DNA of 42,236 bases from a virus: UHGV virus genome UHGV-0797471. The stretch is one strand, 5' to 3'. This document shows, piece after piece, positions 29,924 through 39,252 of the stretch (the first letter of the stretch is position 1; each line of letters starts with the position of its first letter). The position numbers and the translations under genes were made by a program. The notes beneath the pieces were generated by a model. It searched no databases, was not told the DNA's origin, and worked only from the letters and a program-made list of their open reading frames with translations.

Positions 29924-29952
29924 TTGACGCAAAATCCCATAACGCATATAAA
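29924..29952 (+). promoter_or_regulatory. Near-consensus sigma-70 promoter (TTGACG-17nt-TATAAA) firing rightward into a non-coding region
   Basis: Hexamers at 29924-29929 and 29947-29952 with exactly 17-nt spacing; no plus-strand ORF downstream before 31009. Confidence 0.5.
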
Positions 29953-30135
29953 TACGATACCGCATAATTAATGCGTTTTTTAATACCAGCTCTTTAACAA
30001 ACTGAACCGCGTGACAGGTAAGCCGCAGTACTCCTGGCAAAATGAAATGGCACCCGATGGGATCGAGGTAAGCGCCGAGTCCGTATGCGTACGGTAAGCG
30101 TAGAGGACAACACCGCGACGAACTGATAAGTCACG

Positions 30136-30163
30136 CAAGTTGAAACGCCCCGACGATGGGGCG
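30136..30163 (-). terminator. Possible terminator hairpin downstream of the zinc-ribbon gene
   Basis: CGCCCC-GACGAT-GGGGCG hairpin; only a weak U-tract on either strand. Confidence 0.3.
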
Positions 30164-30214
30164 CTTAGTTCCTTTAACTCTGGGTGGCCGGAAGGGTACC
30201 CATGCTTAAAGAAA

Positions 30215-30784
30215 TTACTGGTTGTAAGGATCGTAATCCGTGATTGCCTTCCCCGGATTTTCATCTTCAGCAGGCAGTCTGGCCTCTAAAGCATTTCGGT
30301 TGAACAGATAGGAAGCCCTACAGTGCGAACAAACCATATTAACGGCTCGCCCAAGGCCTGGCTTAATAACCAGACCTTCCGCTTGCAATATAGATTTTCT
30401 CTTTTGCTCGTAGCAATTGGGACAAATATAAACCGGAGATTGGTCAGTATCTGCAGAAAGCTTGCTGCGATAGACCAGAGTACCCCGCATAGGCTGGTAA
30501 AGTTCATAGCTCGCCGCTTCAGCGGCCCAGTTCTCTTGCTTTACTTTCTCATTTTCCAGTTCAACAATTTTCTCCTTAGCCGCAATCAGCAGCTCCTGAA
30601 GCGACATTTGCTGCATCTGAACATCCATTAGCTTATCGAGTAAGGTGTGCGTCTTCTCTTTAACTGCATAGTCGACAGTCAGATTCTGAATCTCTCTTGC
30701 TGCTCCAACCGCGCCTTTAATTGCTCCTCCCACGCCGGATAACGATTCAGTTATCCGGGAAAGAATTCCTTTTTCTTCAGACAT
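30215..30784 (-). CDS. Coiled-coil plus Cys4 zinc-ribbon protein, unknown function (candidate antirepressor/regulatory or exclusion protein)
   Basis: 189 aa; N-terminal heptad-rich region; C-terminal CPNC...x25...CSHC; transcribed toward cI from the divergent promoter region. Confidence 0.5.
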   Translation of the reverse strand: MSEEKGILSRITESLSGVGGAIKGAVGAAREIQNLTVDYAVKEKTHTLLDKLMDVQMQQMSLQELLIAAKEKIVELENEKVKQENWAAEAASYELYQPMRGTLVYRSKLSADTDQSPVYICPNCYEQKRKSILQAEGLVIKPGLGRAVNMVCSHCRASYLFNRNALEARLPAEDENPGKAITDYDPYNQ

Positions 30785-30920
30785 ATCTAATCTCTCTCAA
30801 ACTGTAGGGGTGAAGAGATATTAGACGATTTCTCACTGTAGGGGTACAAGGAGAACCACCTCGCCTGATGTGGTTAAAAGCAGGCACTCGATGATATCCA
30901 TGTAATTGCTGTGTGTAGTC

Positions 30921-30950
30921 TTTGCCCGCCGCAAATGACGGGCTTTTTTA
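30921..30950 (+). terminator. Intrinsic terminator upstream of the rightward operon
   Basis: GCCCG-CCGCAAATGA-CGGGC followed by TTTTTT. Confidence 0.5.
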
Positions 30951-31008
30951 TGTCTGAAAGCGCACTCGCAACAGCGCGCTCCCCGATATGAAAAAAGGAA
31001 TACAACCG

Positions 31009-31158
31009 ATGAAACCTGAACACCTCTATCGACTGACGGGGCGCGATGTTCTCCGTTATCGCCGTAAAAACTTCGATTTGATGACCGGTCTGGCCGTTGC
31101 CACTGCGCTCGGTCTGATCATCACTTTCATTCTCCTTGTAGCGAGGACCACAGTATGA
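31009..31158 (+). CDS. Small membrane protein (49 aa), first gene of rightward operon
   Basis: AAGGA Shine-Dalgarno 9 nt upstream; [49 protein letters not shown] has one C-terminal TM helix; stop overlaps the next start (ATGA). Below the 60-aa cutoff of the ORF track. Confidence 0.4.
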   Translation: MKPEHLYRLTGRDVLRYRRKNFDLMTGLAVATALGLIITFILLVARTTV

Positions 31159-32057
31159 GTTTAGAAACCAGTCTCGAACTTAATAATCAACTTCTGGCAC
31201 AACATAATGCGCTGCTTGAACGTCTTATCCGCACAATGGCATCAGGTATTGTTATGCATCCTGACACGATTTCACGAGTGCAGGAATGTCGGGATACAGC
31301 AACTGAAACTGAAAATATGTCAGCGGCAATGACACTGGATGATCTGGAGTTCAGCGACGTTATCGCACTGGCTGGTTTCTACCCAGTAGCCACCCCTATC
31401 ACAGAAGACATGCTGCAACGTGCTGTTGCCTACCGTGATGCTGAAGGCGATAAACGAGTAGTTCAGATTGATGCTCTCGACAGCGCATTGCAGGGCGTCA
31501 AACGAGCCAGGGCGCTGCTTAAACCTGCTCTCCTGGACCTGTCCCGTAACATCCTTAAGTTCTGGGACGACCTGCCAACCATCGGCGAGCGACGTGCTTT
31601 TGCCGAGCAGCTACTTGATGCACCTGCGGATGGGCGTGATGAAGTTAAGCCGAAAAAGGCCAGTAACAAAGATGGAGAACGCACGGGGCCGTTTTACGTC
31701 AAAAATGTATCCGGCACAGCAGCCAGTGAACTCCACACCTTACGCAAGTTGAACGAGATGCTGAAAAAAGGCCATATCGAGACCAACCGTGTTGAGTACC
31801 TTCAGCTGCAGGAAGAATTTGCACGCAGAGACACAGCAAATTCCAGCCAGAATAATGACGCCAAAGATGACCATACAATTGATTTCGCGGCACTACGCAA
31901 ACAAGCTGAAGGGTTGATCCTCCAGTTAGCAAAAGGGGGTTACCGGGCAGAAGCTATTGCAATTCTGGAAAAACAGGGAGCCAGGAAACTTGGTGAAGTA
32001 ACGGATGAAAATCTCGCTGAAGTAATCACCCTGGCTGAAAAAGCACTGGAGGGTTAA
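31155..32057 (+). CDS. Hypothetical acidic early protein
   Basis: 300 aa; translationally coupled to flanking genes; no motif recognised. Confidence 0.5.
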   Translation: MSLETSLELNNQLLAQHNALLERLIRTMASGIVMHPDTISRVQECRDTATETENMSAAMTLDDLEFSDVIALAGFYPVATPITEDMLQRAVAYRDAEGDKRVVQIDALDSALQGVKRARALLKPALLDLSRNILKFWDDLPTIGERRAFAEQLLDAPADGRDEVKPKKASNKDGERTGPFYVKNVSGTAASELHTLRKLNEMLKKGHIETNRVEYLQLQEEFARRDTANSSQNNDAKDDHTIDFAALRKQAEGLILQLAKGGYRAEAIAILEKQGARKLGEVTDENLAEVITLAEKALEG

Positions 32058-32059
32058 TC

Positions 32060-33361
32060 ATGCCAGACGTTCATGCACAACTTTCTCCATCATCAGCGCA
32101 TCGATGGATGCGCTGCCCAGGAAGTCTGGCGCTGGAGGCCACACAACCGGATAAAGAAACAACTTTTGCAATCGAGGGCACTGCAGCGCACGCGCTTGCT
32201 GAAAAAGTTCTACGAAACAGGCAAAGCCACCCGGAACACTACGCCGGATGCAATGTTTCTATGTTTCTCGGCTCATACCCCCTTCGCGAAAATCCTGATG
32301 ATACATCTGGCCCACAGGTGGATGATGAAATGGTCGAAGCCGTTGGCCGGTATGTTGATACGGTCTGGACTCTTGCACAGAATAATGAACTATTGGTTGA
32401 ACAACGTGTTGATTTCTCACATATAACGGGTGTGGAAGAATCTTTCGGAACTGCCGACGGCATAATCATCGCTGGTAGCGAATTACAAATCCACGACCTG
32501 AAATATGGCAAAGGCGTCCGCATTGATGCAGAACAAAATGAGCAACTACAACTGTATGCTCTGGGTGCTCTCGAACAATTCAGCATGCTGTATGACTTTG
32601 AGACTGTAAGATTATTTATTCACCAGCCAAGGCTCAACCACGTTTCAGAATGGTCGTTAACCGTGCAGGAACTTCAGTCTTTCGGTAAACGAGCACAGGA
32701 GGCCGCAACCAGTGCGATCCTTGTTCTCAATATTGCTGAATGCGAAGGCATTGAGACACTACCGCTGGAAAACTTCATACCTGGAGAAAAGCAGTGCCGC
32801 TTCTGTAAAGCAAAAGCTATTTGCACTGCCCAGAAAATGCAGCATTTACAAACAGCGGCCAGCGACTTTGAAGATCTGACAAAGCCTGTCAGCGAAATAA
32901 TCACCAATGCCAGCGCACGTGTACCTCTGTTAACCATTGAGCAGCTTGCGGAGATCTATAGCCAGGCCGACTTTATTGAGTCCTGGCTAAAGGCAGTACG
33001 GGACCGGGTTCACAATGAACTCAATGCCGGACATCCGGTACCGGGGTTTAAACTGGTAACAGGAAAACAAGGTAACCGGGCCTGGAGTGATGAAGAGGCA
33101 GCTCGCGCACTTCTGAAGGACCAGTTCAGGTACAAAACTGAAGAAGTATTCGACTTTAAACTTATTAGTCCCACAAAAGCCGAAAAACTTATCAAAAAGG
33201 CCAGTCCACGCCGTTGGTCAAAAGTCGAGGCACTGATAACACGAGCTGATGGTAAACCAACCGTCGTTCCCGAGTCAGACCCACGCCCCGCACTCAATAT
33301 CAACCCTGTAAATGATTTCGACGACGTATCCGACGATACGCTAACCGCAGACCTCATCTGA
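32060..33361 (+). CDS. PD-(D/E)XK nuclease, DUF2800 / Cas4-RecB-like
   Basis: N-terminal [15 protein letters not shown] signature of DUF2800; C-terminal Cys cluster [10 protein letters not shown]; upstream of DUF2815 and PolA as in the known phage module. Confidence 0.7.
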   Translation: MPDVHAQLSPSSAHRWMRCPGSLALEATQPDKETTFAIEGTAAHALAEKVLRNRQSHPEHYAGCNVSMFLGSYPLRENPDDTSGPQVDDEMVEAVGRYVDTVWTLAQNNELLVEQRVDFSHITGVEESFGTADGIIIAGSELQIHDLKYGKGVRIDAEQNEQLQLYALGALEQFSMLYDFETVRLFIHQPRLNHVSEWSLTVQELQSFGKRAQEAATSAILVLNIAECEGIETLPLENFIPGEKQCRFCKAKAICTAQKMQHLQTAASDFEDLTKPVSEIITNASARVPLLTIEQLAEIYSQADFIESWLKAVRDRVHNELNAGHPVPGFKLVTGKQGNRAWSDEEAARALLKDQFRYKTEEVFDFKLISPTKAEKLIKKASPRRWSKVEALITRADGKPTVVPESDPRPALNINPVNDFDDVSDDTLTADLI

Positions 33362-33376
33362 TTTAAGGAAATACCC

Positions 33377-33925
33377 ATGAAACTGAAGCTGAACAATGTT
33401 CGTCTGGCCTTCCCGTCTCTGTTTGAAGCTAAAACTGTAAACGGCGAAGGCGATCCGCGTTTCTCCGCAGTATTTTTAATGTCTCCCAAACACCCACAAC
33501 TGGAAGAAATCCGTAAAGCTATGAAGCAGGTAGCGAAGGAAAAATGGGGAGAGAAGTGGGAGCCCATTTATAACCAGCTGGAGAAAAAACTCAATCTGTG
33601 CCTGCATGATGGTGATGAAAAAGCAGAGTATGAAGGCTTCCCCGGCAATTTCTTCCTGAATGCTGCTAACAAAGCGCGCCCAGCTGTTCTTGATCGCGAT
33701 CGTTCGCCACTTATTCAGGCTGACGGACGTCCTTATGCAGGGTGCTATGTAAACGCCGTTATCGATATCTGGGCACAGGACAATAATTTCGGTAAACGCA
33801 TTAATGCCTCACTCGGCGGAGTCCAGTTCCTGCGAGACGGCGATGCATTCGCTGGCGGCGGAGTGGCAAGCGCTGACGATTTCGACGATATCAGCGAAGG
33901 TGCTGATGCTGAAGCACTAATTTAA
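33377..33925 (+). CDS. DUF2815-type phage ssDNA-binding protein
   Basis: MKLKLNNVRLAFPSLFEAK... N-terminus typical of DUF2815; acidic C-terminal tail DDFDDISEGADAEALI. Confidence 0.65.
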   Translation: MKLKLNNVRLAFPSLFEAKTVNGEGDPRFSAVFLMSPKHPQLEEIRKAMKQVAKEKWGEKWEPIYNQLEKKLNLCLHDGDEKAEYEGFPGNFFLNAANKARPAVLDRDRSPLIQADGRPYAGCYVNAVIDIWAQDNNFGKRINASLGGVQFLRDGDAFAGGGVASADDFDDISEGADAEALI

Positions 33926-33977
33926 CCCTACTTCATAGACGCCCGGTTAAACACCGGGCTACTGATTAGGCGTATAA

Positions 33978-34607
33978 TCACTCAGGAATCTTAATCTTTC
34001 TCAATTCTTTATTTAGTTCACAGATCTTTTTCTTAGACGGGAAAGTATCATACATCCAAAAACCAACAGTCTCTAAAACTATTATCATAACCATATACAC
34101 AAGATAATTTAAAAGGCCTTCATTTTGCCCTATGGAAATAATGCAGATAATAGAAAAAAGGGTAAACAGCACAAAACACAGAAAGGAAAACAGACGACTA
34201 ATAATAAATAAAAAACCTGAAAAATCAACATTAATAAAAAACACTCCGTTATCTTTCTCTATATAATTCTGAAGCTTAATCAACTGATTTATATACTGTC
34301 TTTTTTCTAATCTATTGCAAATGTAAATAACATCTCTTCGGTTATAAGAGGATTGCAATTTCAGCGCATCACGAATAATTTTATCATTTATTCTTTTTTC
34401 TATGGCTTTCTTATCCTCCTTATCCAGATAACGTTCATACTTAATTAAATATAAAATTAACTTCTTGACATATTTAGGCTCTTTATACTTATAATTAAAA
34501 ATGATCTTTCTTATCCAGACTCCCATAACAATCAAACATGAAAAAATATATCCAGCTATTTTCTCCAGATGCTCTGTATGGTCAATCAAGTATTGGATCA
34601 TATGCAT
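33978..34607 (-). CDS. AT-rich multi-pass membrane protein (moron; candidate superinfection-exclusion / abortive-infection protein)
   Basis: 209 aa with N- and C-terminal hydrophobic helices and a Lys-rich middle; strongly AT-rich; antisense to the replication operon between the SSB and polymerase genes. Confidence 0.5.
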   Translation of the reverse strand: MHMIQYLIDHTEHLEKIAGYIFSCLIVMGVWIRKIIFNYKYKEPKYVKKLILYLIKYERYLDKEDKKAIEKRINDKIIRDALKLQSSYNRRDVIYICNRLEKRQYINQLIKLQNYIEKDNGVFFINVDFSGFLFIISRLFSFLCFVLFTLFSIICIISIGQNEGLLNYLVYMVMIIVLETVGFWMYDTFPSKKKICELNKELRKIKIPE

Positions 34608-34653
34608 AATTAATCTTTTAATCAGTTAATAGAATAAAAACCTAGGTAAACAC

Positions 34654-36717
34654 ATGTCCAATATACTATGGGGCGACCTGGAAACCTATTGCGAAATCCC
34701 TATTACGAACGGTACCCATGCGTATGCCGAAGGCGTTGAAGTGATGCTTTTCGCATGGGCTATCAACGACGGGCCAGTAAACGTGTGGGATATCACTGCC
34801 GGTGGTGGTATTCCACACGGCTTATACGAAGCAATCGCAGACCCTGAAACCCTGCTTTATTTCCATAACTCTCACTTCGACCGCACCGTTCTGCGTTATG
34901 CAATGCCGCGACTGGCACCGCCAGTCGAACGTTGGCGCGACACGATGGTGCAGGCGCTGGCGCACGGTCTCCCGGGGTCTCTGGGGGAACTCTGCGAAGT
35001 ACTAGGCGTCCCGCAAGACAAAGCGAAGGACAAAGAAGGTAAAGCGCTGATCCAGCTGTTCTGTAAGCCACGTCCGAAAAACAGCAAACTGCGTCGGGCC
35101 ACCAGTAAAACCCATCCGGAAGAATGGCGGCGCTTTGTTGCTTACGCCGGACTGGATATCGAAGCAATGCGTGAAGTCTATAAACGTCTGCCGAAGTGGA
35201 ATTATCAGGGGACAGAGCTGGCGCTCTGGCATCGTGATCAGCAGATCAACGACCGGGGCGTCTGCATGGACATGCAACTCGCGCGCGCTGCGATCGAAGC
35301 GGTAGACCAGGAGCAAAAGCGCCTGGCAAAGCGTACACAGGAAATGACTGATGGCGAAGTGCAGGCAGCCACACAACGGGACGCGTTGATTAAGCACATC
35401 GTTGAATCCTACGGTGTGGAGCTACCAGACATGCAACGCAGTACCCTGGAACGTCGTATGGCCGACCCCGATTTATCATCTGCCGTGAAAGAACTGCTGG
35501 CTATCCGCCTGCAAGCCAGTACTACCAGCACCAGTAAATACAAGGCACTGATGAAAGGCGTAAGCCACGACGGGCGCTTACGCGGTACGCTACAGTTCTG
35601 CGGGGCGTCACGTACCGGTCGTTGGGCCGGACGGCTATTCCAGCCCCAGAACCTTCCCCGCCCTTCACTAAAACAGGAACAAATAGACGAAGGCATCGAA
35701 GCACTGAAAGCCGGATGTGCAGACCTGCTGTTTGACAATATCATGGAACTAACCAGTTCAGCGTTACGTGGCTGCATTATCGCGCCAACAGGCAAAAAAC
35801 TAGTGGTAAGTGACTTGTCAAACATTGAAGGCCGTATGCTGGCATGGCTGGCGGGAGAAGAATGGAAACTGAATGCATTCAGAGAGTATGACGCTGGAAC
35901 GGGTCCGGACTTATATAAACTGGCGTATGCAAAAGCTTTCGATATTGCACCAGATGATGTTGATAAACACATGCGTCAGATCGGTAAAGTCATGGAACTC
36001 GGTCTGGGTTATGGAGGTGGTGTATCGGCTTTCATCACTTTTGCTCTGGTTTACGGTCTCGATCTCGACGAGCTGGCGAACGCCGCACTGCCAAACATTC
36101 CCCGCGATGTTATCCGCGAGGCAAAAAGCTGGTACGACGAATCGGTTAAGCGTAAGTCGACCTTTGGCCTGTCCGAGCGTGTATTCATCGCATGTGACTC
36201 GCTCAAGCGCCTGTGGCGCAGGGCGCACCCGGCGACCTGCGATTTCTGGTACGAGCTGGAGCGCACTGTCCGCACAGCAATCGCCACACCGCAAAAAACA
36301 TTGTATTGCGGCTATCTTAAAATCCGACGTGATGGCGCGTGGCTGCGCATACAGCTACCATCCGGACGCGCTGTATGCTACCCGTCTCCGGTTATCGAAC
36401 AAGGGAATATCACCTACATGGGTGTTAACTCTTATTCGCGTAAATGGCAACGACTCAAAACCTACGGCGGAAAGCTGGTGGAGAACGTCACCCAGGCGGC
36501 CGCCCGCGACGTTCTAGCCAGAAACATGCCGCTGATCGAGGGTGCCGGTTACAGCATTGTGCTAACGGTACACGACGAGGTGATCACCGAAGCACCAGAC
36601 ACAGAAGATTTCAACGATAAAGCGCTTTCCGCGCTTCTCTCCACTAACCCCGAATGGGCACCCGATATTCCGCTGAACGCTGGCGGCTTTGAGGCGTACC
36701 ACTACAAAAAAGATTGA
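34654..36717 (+). CDS. Family A DNA polymerase (Pol I-like with 3'-5' exonuclease domain)
   Basis: N-terminal exo motif WGDLETY; polymerase motifs [16 protein letters not shown] and [11 protein letters not shown]; 687 aa. Confidence 0.85.
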   Translation: MSNILWGDLETYCEIPITNGTHAYAEGVEVMLFAWAINDGPVNVWDITAGGGIPHGLYEAIADPETLLYFHNSHFDRTVLRYAMPRLAPPVERWRDTMVQALAHGLPGSLGELCEVLGVPQDKAKDKEGKALIQLFCKPRPKNSKLRRATSKTHPEEWRRFVAYAGLDIEAMREVYKRLPKWNYQGTELALWHRDQQINDRGVCMDMQLARAAIEAVDQEQKRLAKRTQEMTDGEVQAATQRDALIKHIVESYGVELPDMQRSTLERRMADPDLSSAVKELLAIRLQASTTSTSKYKALMKGVSHDGRLRGTLQFCGASRTGRWAGRLFQPQNLPRPSLKQEQIDEGIEALKAGCADLLFDNIMELTSSALRGCIIAPTGKKLVVSDLSNIEGRMLAWLAGEEWKLNAFREYDAGTGPDLYKLAYAKAFDIAPDDVDKHMRQIGKVMELGLGYGGGVSAFITFALVYGLDLDELANAALPNIPRDVIREAKSWYDESVKRKSTFGLSERVFIACDSLKRLWRRAHPATCDFWYELERTVRTAIATPQKTLYCGYLKIRRDGAWLRIQLPSGRAVCYPSPVIEQGNITYMGVNSYSRKWQRLKTYGGKLVENVTQAAARDVLARNMPLIEGAGYSIVLTVHDEVITEAPDTEDFNDKALSALLSTNPEWAPDIPLNAGGFEAYHYKKD

Positions 36718-36781
36718 TATAACTCACCTTATCGAGCTATGGCGACATGCTGAATTCGAGTAAATTAAAGGTACAATACTT

Positions 36782-37543
36782 ATGCAGGAACTAACTGAAA
36801 TGCCGATCAACTATCCATACCCGAGAGAATCTTTTCCTGACTTTTTGAGGGAGTGTGGGTTCACCAATTTTTCCCACGAACAGCGTGAGACTTATGACTG
36901 CTATCGTTTAACGAATGGCGTAATTGTTAACCTTTACACCACCCGGACCATTCAGTTTCAAGGGAACCCTCAAGAACGTCCCAATGTTGAAACTGCAATA
37001 ATGTCCCATTTAGGAACGCCCCCCACGGCAACACCACTAGCCGTAGAACAGCCATCTGAGCTTCCCAAAAAGATATTCATTGTTCACGGCCATGACCATA
37101 CTGCAAAGGAACAACTTGAGCTAATCCTTCATAAACTTGGATTACCAGACCATTTCATTTTGCAGAATACGGGAGGGACTGGACTCACCATTATTGAAGA
37201 GCTTGAACGTGAAATTGGGCAAGGACAAACTGCTACTCGTTTCGGGATTGTTCTTTTGACACCTGATGATATGGGATACTCAAAGCGCGCCGGTGAAGCA
37301 GAAATCCAACCCCGCGCAAGACAGAACGTTGTACTCGAGATGGGTATGCTTCTTTCGTCCTTAGGGCGCAGCAATGTAGCAATCCTTCAGAAACAGCACC
37401 TAGAACAGCCTTCTGATGCTAACGGGATTTTGTATCTGAATTTCAACGACCATGTACGTGAAACAGTTCCTCGTCTAGTGCAACGGTTACAAAATTCTGG
37501 TTTCGAATTTACACAAGCTCAAATAGCTAACGCTTCCTCGTAA
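36782..37543 (+). CDS. TIR-like domain protein (COG4271 / PF10137-type nucleotide-binding TIR-like), with 95-aa N-terminal extension
   Basis: KIFIVHGHD...GIVLLTPDDMGY...ARQNVVLEMGMLLSSLGRSNVAIL matches the hallmark motifs of this family as recalled; AT-richer than flanks; followed by its own terminator. Confidence 0.6.
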   Translation: MQELTEMPINYPYPRESFPDFLRECGFTNFSHEQRETYDCYRLTNGVIVNLYTTRTIQFQGNPQERPNVETAIMSHLGTPPTATPLAVEQPSELPKKIFIVHGHDHTAKEQLELILHKLGLPDHFILQNTGGTGLTIIEELEREIGQGQTATRFGIVLLTPDDMGYSKRAGEAEIQPRARQNVVLEMGMLLSSLGRSNVAILQKQHLEQPSDANGILYLNFNDHVRETVPRLVQRLQNSGFEFTQAQIANASS

Positions 37544-37565
37544 TTACCCCCTTATTGTTGATTAC

Positions 37566-37590
37566 AACCCTGCATTGCGGGGTTTTTTAT
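37566..37590 (+). terminator. Intrinsic terminator after the first TIR-like gene
   Basis: CCCTGC-ATT-GCGGGG stem-loop followed by TTTTTT. Confidence 0.55.
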
Positions 37591-37778
37591 TTGGGAATAA
37601 AAACCCTATGTCATTTAAATACCGGGACAGTCCGCTTTATTACCGGACTGCACGGGAGGCTTTGCGCCTTGAACAGTCCAGCGGGTACGACCGGGCGATG
37701 CAGGTCTGGGCCAAAGCGAACGTCGGTTTGATTTTTGTCTGATGCAGAACATGCGCGAAAAGCGTAAGGAGGTGGACG

Positions 37779-37973
37779 ATGTCTAATATCGATAATAAAG
37801 GTTGGGGGTTCCCCGCCCTGTCGAAAAAAGCACATTTCTTTAATTCGGGGGAAGCCATATCACTATGCGGAAAATGGATGTTCACAGGTATCAGGATTGA
37901 CGAATGGCATGACCATCCTGAGAACTGCGCTATCTGCATGAAGAAACGCAAAAAGCAGGAAGGCGAAAGCTAA
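37779..37973 (+). CDS. Small Cys/His-rich protein (putative zinc-binding), 64 aa
   Basis: Strong TAAGGAGGT Shine-Dalgarno 7 nt upstream; C-x..H-x-H..C-x2-C pattern; stop overlaps the VRR-NUC start. Confidence 0.4.
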   Translation: MSNIDNKGWGFPALSKKAHFFNSGEAISLCGKWMFTGIRIDEWHDHPENCAICMKKRKKQEGES

Positions 37974-38257
37974 TGGCCTATGAACGTGAAAACCTAATCG
38001 AAAAGCACCTCGTCGCTGAAGTAAAAAAGGCTGGCGGGGTTGCCTTTAAGTTCGTATCTCCCGGTCTCCGCTCGGTACCAGATCGCATTGTTCTGCTACC
38101 CGGCGGTCGCATCGTCTTTGTCGAATGCAAAGCACCAGGCAAACCACCACGACCTGATCAGTTGCGCGAGCATGAACGTCTGCGAAAACTGGGCTTTACC
38201 GTGGTAGTACTGGATAGTAAGGAGCTTTCATGTATATTAGGCAAAAAATTACAATAG
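37973..38257 (+). CDS. VRR-NUC domain nuclease
   Basis: PDRIVLLPGGRIVFVECKAPGKPPRPDQLREHERLRKLGFTVVV matches the VRR-NUC core. Confidence 0.75.
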   Translation: MAYERENLIEKHLVAEVKKAGGVAFKFVSPGLRSVPDRIVLLPGGRIVFVECKAPGKPPRPDQLREHERLRKLGFTVVVLDSKELSCILGKKLQ

Positions 38258-38272
38258 GAGTCTGTGTAAGCT

Positions 38273-39190
38273 ATGGCTAAGCAACAAACGAAAGAAATAA
38301 ACCAAGATGATGTAAAAGACAACAAAAATATGCCACCTCATATATGCGGCATTATTATGCCAATTGCGGACATAGAAGGTTATCCCACTGGACATTGGAG
38401 AAATGTTCATGACATTATTTGTGAAGCATCAAATGATGCCGGATTCAAGGCAAATTTGGTAAGTTCAGATGATGATGTTGCAGTAATACAAAAACGAATT
38501 GTTCAAAATCTTTATGAAAACCCCATAGTTGTTTGCGATATAAGTGCTCGAAACGCTAATGTAATGTTTGAATTAGGAATGCGTCTCGCATTTGACAAAC
38601 CGACCGTAATTATTAAGGACGAGCGCACTCCTTATAGCTTTGACATTTCATCAATTGAACATTTAGAGTACCCTTCGGATTTAAGATACCAATCAATCAA
38701 TTTATTCAAAGAAAGACTTGCGAGCAAGATAAAAGAAACATATTTAAAGTCAGTAACTGATCCTGAATACACAACATTCCTCAAACATTTTGGCACTTTC
38801 AAAGTTGCACAACTAGACCAGAAAGAAGTATCAGAAACTGAGTATCTGGCATCTGAGATTAAAGATATCAAATCATTATTGATATCTCTTAGGGCAACAG
38901 CAACGACAAAATCCAGATTTTTCGACTCACCGAAAAATTACTCGCAGCAGGAAATTGACAACTCTGTAGATATTATTAAAAATGGAGTTGCCAGTTATAC
39001 TATAAGGAGTGAAGGATTTAGTATATCAAAATCAGCACTAGAAAAGTTACGCCAAAGACTACACAACGCAGGATTTCAAGTCGAGCAAATAGTATTGACA
39101 GGAAAAGAAGTAATTATTCATCTGTCATCACCTTTAATAAATGAAGAAGAAAATATTTTTAAAGATGCAATAGTAACAGCACTATTATAA
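38273..39190 (+). CDS. Second TIR-like / nucleoside 2-deoxyribosyltransferase-like fold protein with about 150-aa C-terminal extension
   Basis: IVVCDISARNANVMFELGMRLAFDKPTVII parallels the ARQNVVLEMG core of 36782-37543; clearly AT-rich; own hairpin terminator downstream. Confidence 0.5.
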   Translation: MAKQQTKEINQDDVKDNKNMPPHICGIIMPIADIEGYPTGHWRNVHDIICEASNDAGFKANLVSSDDDVAVIQKRIVQNLYENPIVVCDISARNANVMFELGMRLAFDKPTVIIKDERTPYSFDISSIEHLEYPSDLRYQSINLFKERLASKIKETYLKSVTDPEYTTFLKHFGTFKVAQLDQKEVSETEYLASEIKDIKSLLISLRATATTKSRFFDSPKNYSQQEIDNSVDIIKNGVASYTIRSEGFSISKSALEKLRQRLHNAGFQVEQIVLTGKEVIIHLSSPLINEEENIFKDAIVTALL

Positions 39191-39202
39191 ATAACATTTT
39201 TA

Positions 39203-39238
39203 AAACAACAAAAGGTCTAAATTGGCCTTTTGTTGTTT
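39203..39238 (+). terminator. AT-rich hairpin terminator after the second TIR-like gene
   Basis: AACAACAAAAGG-loop-CCTTTTGTTGTT, about 12-bp stem. Confidence 0.45.
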
Positions 39239-39252
39239 AGGAGCCATATTAT

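Noticed and set aside
29980-30264. Minus-strand 94-aa ORF in the cI / zinc-ribbon intergenic region
   Set aside because: Begins inside the zinc-ribbon gene in another frame and spans the hairpin-rich non-coding region; more likely an RNA or regulatory region than a protein.
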